From the NCBI GenBank assembly GCA_033442325.1, contig JAWQFM010000017.1:1140036-1204035 (forward strand): a stretch of 64,000 nt of DNA. Reading direction: 5' to 3'. The number at the start of each line of letters is the position of its first letter. The stretch's first letter is position 1. This DNA comes from Salpingoeca rosetta. Its lineage: Eukaryota > Protista > Choanoflagellata. Of this stretch, positions 56,765 to 64,000 are shown in pieces. A program made the translations under genes and the position numbers. The notes under the pieces were generated by a model. It was given only the letters and a program-made list of their open reading frames with translations, was not told where the DNA came from and ran no database searches.

Positions 56765-59700
56765 ACCATGTAGTCGCGCGCACCTGGAGCTCGACGTCTG
56801 CCTTGAGCCGGCGGAGGATAAAGGGCCGCAGGAGCTTGTGCAGGCGGGAAACACGCTCCTTGTCACGCTGCTTGGCTGCACGCGTGCTCTCAACCATCTC
56901 CCGCACGGGGTTGCCAAACCACTCGCGAAACTGCTGGTGCGACTGGAACACGCGCGGCATGAGAAAGTGGAGGAGGGACCACAGCTCCATGAGGTCGTTC
57001 TGCAGCGGCGTGCCCGTGAGCAGGAGGCGGCGGCGAGAGGTGAAGCGAAGCAACGTCTGCCACCGCTTCGACTCAAAGTTCTTAATGTGGTGCGCCTCGT
57101 CAAGAATCAGGTACTTCCACTTCTTGCGCTTGAAGATGTGCGCGTCCTGCACGGCAAGCTTGTAGCTGGTGATGCACACGTGAAACTGGTCGGGCTTCGT
57201 CCAGCCAACGCGCTTCTCACGACGCTCCTTGATGGTCCCGTGGTAGTTGAGGACCTTGAACGCCGGGCACCACTTCTTCAGCTCCATCTCCCAGTTCACC
57301 ATCACGCTGGTGGGCACCACAATGAGGTGCGGCCCCCAGTTGTTGCGCGTGACGGCGAGGTGGGCCAGCAGCGCAATGGTCTGGATGGTCTTGCCAAGGC
57401 CCATCTCGTCAGCAAGGATGCCGTTGAGGTTCTTCGCGTGCATGGTGGCCAGCCAGTCCAGCCCAATGTGCTGATACGGCCGCAGCTTGCACTTGAGCAG
57501 AAACGGCACGGGCGTGTTGATGTTGCTTGTGTCCGTGTTGGTGGCGTCCACCGCCTGCGCCGTCTCCAGCTCCCGCCCAACGGCTTCCACCTCGTCTCGG
57601 GTGCTGGGGCCATCAGCGTCCTGTCGTTTGCCTGCCAGCAGCAGTAGATCCTGCCGCGTCTCCCTGTCCGCTGTCTCTGCATCTGTTCCACTCTCTTCCT
57701 CAGCGTCACCAGCACCATCACCCTCGGCCTCAGACTTTGCGCCGTCATGCTGCCCTCCCTCTTCTCCTCCTGCTGTTTCCCCCTCTTCCTCTTCCTCCTC
57801 CTCCTCCTCCTCCTGCTTGACGGCGGCGCCTCTGCGACGGGAGCTGCGGCGGCGGCCACGGCCCCGCCCGCGCGCTGCTGTTGCCGCTGTTGCTGCTGTG
57901 CGACTCGACCGACTCCGCCGCGACCGACGCGTGCGCGGTGTCCTCGGTTCTTCTTCCTCCTCATCCTCTTTTTCGTCCTCTTCTGCTTCTTCTTCTTCTT
58001 CTTCTTCTTCCTCCTCATCCTCTCCTTTGTCGTTTTGGCCAGCATCCTCCTCTTGTTCCTCCTCATCCCCGCCTTCCTTGGCGTCTTGCTTCTTCTTCCT
58101 TCTCCCTCCCTTCCCCTTCTTCCCTGCTGCCTTCTTGGCCTTCTTTCCCTGACGTTCGGCTTCTTCCTCTTCACCCTCTTCATCCTCCTCACCACCATCA
58201 TCATCCTCCTCGTCCTCCTCGCCACCCTCCTCGTTGCTCTCTCCTTCGTCCCCCTCCTCCTGCTCTGCCATGCGCTGGTACATGGCCAGCAGTTCCTCAA
58301 TCGGCATCTCCCCGCCCTTGGCAAGGTCAGCAAGCTCACCCTCCGCATCCTCGGGCTCATCCGCTGAATCTACAGAGCTCTCGTCATCATCATCCTCCCC
58401 ACTGCCTGCTCCCTCCTCGTCTTCGCCGTCACCACCACGGCTAGCAGATGCCTTGCCCTCTGCATCAGACGGCACATACTCTTCGTCCTCCTCTTCTTTC
58501 TTCACTGCGTCTCTCTTGCTGCGCTGCTTCTTTGCAGCCTTGCCCTTTGCCTTGTTGGCACCGTCGTCACCACTTGCGCCCGCAGCTGCTGTCGTCGAAT
58601 CGGCCACCTGTGTGGGTGCGCCCTGTTGCTGCTGCTGTTGCTGTTGTTGTGACGGCGCCGGCGGGAGCGTGATCTGTTGGCCTGTTGCTTGCTGTAGTGC
58701 AGCTGCGTGCTTGGCGGCTGCGCGGCGCGCGTGTGCGGCCATGGCCGTTTTGCCGTACTCTGCATACTTGCCCTGCAGCCCGCGCGTGAGATCCTCTGTA
58801 AACGACTGCGTCTGTCCAACCAGGTAGTCCAGGTGTTTGTTCATGGCATCTGTCTTGACAGCGTCCAGCTCCAGCTTGTGCTTGTAGTCGACGACCTTGA
58901 GCATCTGTTTCCAAAACACCTGCACGTCGCGCGCCACGTTTGCAGCCACCTTCCTCTTCCGGTTGAGCTCCTGCCGCATGCGTCGCCGGCCCTCCTGCGC
59001 CCGCGCCTCATGCCAGCGCACCACAGCGCGCGCAAGCTTCCGTGCCACCGCAATCTTCCACTTGCGCTCCATGCGGAAGTCGTCGCTGAGCCACGCCATC
59101 TCCTCCAGCAGGTAGTCCTGGTGCACCTTTGGGCGGGCCGGCTCGGCAACCTTGGGCAGGCGCTTGTCAACCCACACCCCTTGCTGCCTCTTCTCGCTGA
59201 TGCGCTGCTGCAGCTCTTTCTCCGCGTGCAGCAGCCGTGCTGCCTCGTCCAGCGACACCTTCAGCTTCATCTTCTTCGGTGCTGCTGATGTGGCTGTTGG
59301 TGCCGCCCCGCCTGTCGTGGTGATCGCCTGCGTGCCAGCCTTCCCCGCTGCCACCGCCGCTGTTTCCTGCTCGGGCTGCTTTTCCGCATCAACAGCAACA
59401 GAGGCGGCTTTGCTGCGGGTTCGTGGTGTGCGCTGGGCAGCAAGGCTCGTGCCGGGTGTTGGAGTGGTTGTCGTTGCTGCTGCTGTTGCTGCTGCTGCCT
59501 TTGCACGGCGTGCCTTTGGTGTGGCCACGCCTGTCGCAGGCACGGCCGCTGTCGGCGTTGCTTCTGGCAGCGCGTCCTCCTCGGCAAGCGCGCTGCCAGC
59601 CCGGCTGCTCTTGCCTGCCTTCCCTGCCGACCGCGGTGTCTTGCCACGTGCGCGGCTCTTGCCCTTGCCACGGCCCTTCCCGCGCCCGCCACCACCGGTT

Positions 59701-60647
59701 ACGGGCGACCCGGGTCGTGGCGACGCGCCGCCGCCGGGCGAGGCAGAGCGCGAGCCAACGGTGGCCCGCTTTGGGGTGGGCTGCCCGCTGTCTGCGCTGC
59801 TCTTGCGCTTCCCCGCAGTGGTGCGGGCGGTGGTGACGCCGTCAACGCGGTTTCGCGCCACAAACTCCTCCATCGCAGGGCTGCCGCTGGTGCGGGCGTG
59901 TAGCAGGTCGGCCAGGCTGTTGTTTGTGCTTACAAGGAACAGCTCCCGTAGCCGTAACTCGTGCGCTTCCAAGAACACCTTCAGCTTGAGGTTCAGCAGC
60001 TCCTTCACACGCGCGCGCACGGACACCGGGCCAGCCTCGCCCTCACCACCTTCCTGCTTCGGTGCCTGCGAGGCATTGCCTTGTCTCGCAGACTCTGCGT
60101 CATCCCCAGGCTGTGTGGCGGCAGTTGGTGTGGCAGGTACTGTGGGTGTGGCAGTCGCCGTTGTCTCTGACGCTGTGGCGGCTGTTGCCGTTGTTGCTGT
60201 GGGTGTAGGCGTGTTTGAAGTGGCGGGTGCATTTCCTGCTTGTACTGGATGCACAGGGGCAGATGTGTGCTGCTGATTGTCCGCGGGTGCAGATGCAGGT
60301 GGAGCAGGCGTGCTGGTTGACGGCTGGGCCACAGCGGTGGTGTTTGCTTGTGCTGTGTGTTGCGGAAGGGTTGTTGTCATTGCTGTTGCTGCTGGTGCTG
60401 CTGTTGCTGCTGGTGCTGCTGTTGCTGCTGGTGGTGTTGTTGTTGTTATTGATGGAGTGGTCGCGGAGGATGGTGGTGTTGGTGCTGCGGTTGTTGACGC
60501 TGCCGTTGTTGTTGGTCCAGTAGCCGTGGTGGGTTGGTCGACCGGCACCGTCGTCGCTGCTTGTGCGCCAGTCTGCTGCGCCACCGCTGGCGTTGTTGTG
60601 GCGGCAGTCGATGGCGCCGACGCTGGTTTGCTTGTGTCGTCCGCCAT
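50237..60647 (-). CDS. SWR1: SWR1/SRCAP/p400 (domino)-type SNF2 chromatin remodeller: HSA, split ATPase, SANT/Myb, Q-rich tail (~3,100 aa)
   Basis: Exons 60647-56784, 56523-56415, 56220-53273, 52906-50834, 50539-50237 (9,297 nt, in frame). HSA: [30 protein letters not shown]. ATPase: [67 protein letters not shown]: [11 protein letters not shown]...NWQLVAD...QCRDRY. Confidence 0.95.
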
Positions 60648-61214
60648 CCTGACATAGTTAAAAAGGGAAGAACGAGAGGATCATCATCGGGTGAATAGCA
60701 GTTGAGGACAAGCGAAACGAGCAGGTAGGAACGAGTGGGTGAGTTCATGCATGCACGCACAGTGGACGCTGTGTTGTGTGTTGTGTGTTGTGCATTGTGT
60801 TGTGTGTGTTGTGTTTGTTTGCTGAATCAGGTTGCCTCAACCACGACCGCGTAACACACACGTTCGAAGCCCAGCACGCGGTGGATCGACAACAAAGGTC
60901 ACACACAGCAGGATACAAACGGACCAACACACATGAACACACACACACACACACGTCCACTGTCACGTTCACACCACCACCACACACGCATCCACCAACC
61001 TGCCTGCCTTTCTTCTTTGCGGCTTGTGTCGACTGGTTGGCGCTCGAAGGGAAATGTTGCGAATAATTTCGCAGTAATTTCGGCAACAGCAGCAGCACCA
61101 CAGGCGACAACGACGAAGCGAACGTTGCCGTTTGTGTGGTTGAAGGCGAGCGAGGAGAAGGGCAAGTAGGGGAACAATACAGGCGCACGTGAGTGTGGTT
61201 GTGCGTGAGTGAGG

Positions 61215-63082
61215 ATGAGCGACCGGATAGAGGGCACAGGAGATGCTGGGCTGTCGAAGGCGCGGCTGGCAAGGCTGCCATCCCACTTGAGGTCAAGATT
61301 GGGTGAACCCGGTGCGAAAGGGGACAGCAGCAATGGGAAAGGACGACGATACCGTGACGATGGAAGCGGCGGCAACACCAGCACCAGCACAAGCAGTGGT
61401 GGTGGCAGTAGTCGGGGCAGGGGTGGCTCTGACGGTCGCACACGATTGCACGAGGGTGGCAGTGGCGGCTCTCGAAGGCGAGGCGCACGAGGGCAGTTCA
61501 GAGACACGCTGGGGGACGATGATGAGGATGATACGACGACGGCGGCGCTGCTGGCATCTGCAGAGCGGCAACGGCAACAGCGCAGACGCCAAGACAAGAC
61601 TGGTCGTCGGGGCACCAGCTCCTCATCCCGCTCATCTCGCACCACCACTGCAACAGCGGCCGGTGAAAGCGGCAGCAGCAGAAGCAAGCGAGACTCGCGC
61701 GACCGGCGCGCTGAGGCCAGCAGAGACGACCGCAGCCACCGCAGGGAACGAGCACCAGCGGCCAGCAGCACGAGTGGCAGCGGCAGCACGAGTGGTAGCG
61801 ACACCAAGCCAGCGCCAAGTAAGAGCAAGGACAGTAGCAGCGATGATGCGGCTGCGCGGCTGGTGGCCATGCTGGTCAAGCGATCCTCTGCCAAGCCATC
61901 GCCCACACCCACCCCTGGGGTGCTCAGCGGGAAACAGAGCACCAAGCAGAGCGCAAGGCAAAGCGCGAAACAGAGCGCGCGACAGAGCGCGCGACAGAGT
62001 GCGACGTCGTCGCCAACACCGGCTGCAACAGACAAGCTGGCGGCCAAGCTGACTGAGCGCGGTGCCACCACACCCCCTGCAGCCGACGACAGGGCACACG
62101 CGCGAAAGCAGGCAACACCAGAACACGCCGCCCGACACGCAAGGGAGGCAACACCTGAAGGCGTGCCTGGCGACACGACAGCACCAGCAACAACAACAAC
62201 AACAACAGCAACAACAGCAGCAGCAGCCACCGCTGTGACAACACCACCAACGGAAGTATTGTCAGCGGCCATGGACGTGAGCGCAGATAGTGCACGTGCC
62301 AGCACACCGACCGACACAAACGCAACGCCGCCCGGCACACCACCATCAGGGCCGCAGACGACAGCAGGGGATGCAGAGAGGGGAGGAGGAGCCAAGCGAC
62401 GCGTCCCACCGGGCGGTGCAGTGGAGGAGGGCGACGGTACCCCGGATATGAAGCGCGCTGCGACGACTGCTGACGACGAGGATGACACGCCGACGCGGAG
62501 GGAGCGGCAGTACATGGACGAAAAGGTGGAGAAGGAGGTGGAAAGGAAGGAGGGGAGGCAGCGAGGCAAAGAACTAGATGGAGGGGGGCGCAGTGGTGAC
62601 GGCGGGGCAGCAGTGACAAGGGAACAGCACAGCGACGCGACGGTAACCACTGCAGCTGCTGCTGTGAGTGAGGAGGTGATGGTGCATGATCCACTGGATG
62701 CGTTTGACAGCGATATGCATGAGGAAGCACCCGAAATCTATTTTCCAGCAGAGAAGGGATGCAGGTCGGTTTCATGGTGGTGGTGGTGCCTGGCGCATGT
62801 GTATGTGTATGTGTGTGTGTGTGTGTGTGTATGCGTGCGTGTGTGTGTGTGTGTGTGTGTCGATGCTGGCATGCGCCTGTGTTGTTCTATGTTGCATTGT
62901 GCCAGGGATGCCTGCGCACAGCAACTCACATCGCGTTAACGTTTTGTGACTTCAGGAGCATTGATGTGTACGAGCGACTGAACATGATTGACGAAGGAAC
63001 ATATGGTGTTGTCTTTCGTGTTAAAGACACCAGCACAGGGTAAGCATCCGCACACATGCGTGCGTGTGTGCATGTGCGCATG

Positions 63083-63136
<54 letters not shown>

Positions 63137-63314
63137 TTGGGCTTTATGAGCCATGGCCGGGCTGTCGTTCACCTCGCAGTGCCGTGCGAATGTGTGCGGA
63201 GCAGTGAAGTGCTGGCTGTGAAGAGACTGAAGATGGAAGCAGAGCGAGAGGGGTTTCCAATCACATCTCTCCGCGAAATCAACACGCTCCTCAAGGTGCG
63301 TACGGGTGCACATG

Positions 63315-63384
<70 letters not shown>

Positions 63385-63639
63385 ACATGTGGGGGTGGGT
63401 GTCTTCCTGCGTGCTCGTCTGTGTATTGAACTTGATGACACGGTAGTACGCGCTGTTGTGCAGTCACCTCACACACGTACTCGTGCATCTCACACACACG
63501 TACTCATGCATCACACACTTACACACACATATGTGCGCAGGCGAAGCACGAGAATGTGGTGAATGTGAAGGAGATTGTAACGGGCCACACCATGAACGAC
63601 ATCTTCATCTGCATGGAGTTTGTCGAACACGACCTCAAG
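61215..63639 (+). CDS. CDK11: Cyclin-dependent kinase 11 (PITSLRE), 5' part only
   Basis: Exons 61215-62764, 62956-63039, 63205-63295, 63541-63639. Motifs [56 protein letters not shown], after a long R/S/D/E-rich N-terminus. Confidence 0.95.
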
Positions 63640-63642
63640 GTT

Positions 63643-63707
<65 letters not shown>

Positions 63708-64000
63708 TGAAACTCTACATCTAAGGGTATGGGTTATATCAATAGGGCAGCAAGGGGATGACTATTCGTAGACGGGCAATGAAGGTGTCACCGTACACTA
63801 GCTACCTGCTGGTTACCATATTGGAATGGTTACCTCGTCGGCTACAGTTGGATGTGTTAGTGAGTTCCTATCTTGCGACTTGTCAAGATTTAATAAGTTC
63901 TAGCAAGGTAAGGTAAAACTGGAGTCCTGTGCGTCGGCTTGAATGCTTGACTGGACTGTCTCCGTTAGGCTTCAATTGAGTTTTGCATGAACGTCTAGAG
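63708..64000. other. Compositionally atypical non-coding segment inside a CDK11 intron
   Basis: About 45% GC, ~24 TpA in 290 bp, no microsatellite, no long ORF; starts abruptly after a (TG)n tract. Confidence 0.6.

Overview
Eukaryotic, intron-rich DNA. Coding regions are GC-rich, most introns contain (CA/TG)n microsatellites, and there are two N-gaps. Style and gene content suggest a choanoflagellate such as Salpingoeca rosetta (inference). I read nine spliced genes by hand. (1) A MYPT/PPP1R12/16-like ankyrin PP1 subunit (-, runs off the left end). (2) A giant ~7,000-aa single-pass surface protein (+): signal peptide, ~21 Calx-beta repeats, an inserted coiled-coil arm, 2 EGF, 8 cadherin repeats, 3 bacterial-adhesin-like repeats, Cys-rich repeats, IPT, REJ, GAIN/GPS-like, SEA-like, TM and tail. 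(3) A HET/TIR-like + TPR + polyE + PH protein (+). (4) NUS1 (-). (5) TBC1D22/Gyp1 (+). (6) THOC5 (-). (7) HPS1 (+). (8) A SWR1/SRCAP/p400-like remodeller (-). (9) CDK11/PITSLRE (+, partial). Eight of the nine form four head-to-head pairs. The main candidates for novelty are the giant mosaic receptor and its internal organisation, the adjacent TIR/HET-TPR-PH protein, and a compositionally foreign ~290 bp at the right end. Most ORFs in the supplied track are microsatellite or antisense artefacts. All family assignments come from recalled motifs, not database searches.
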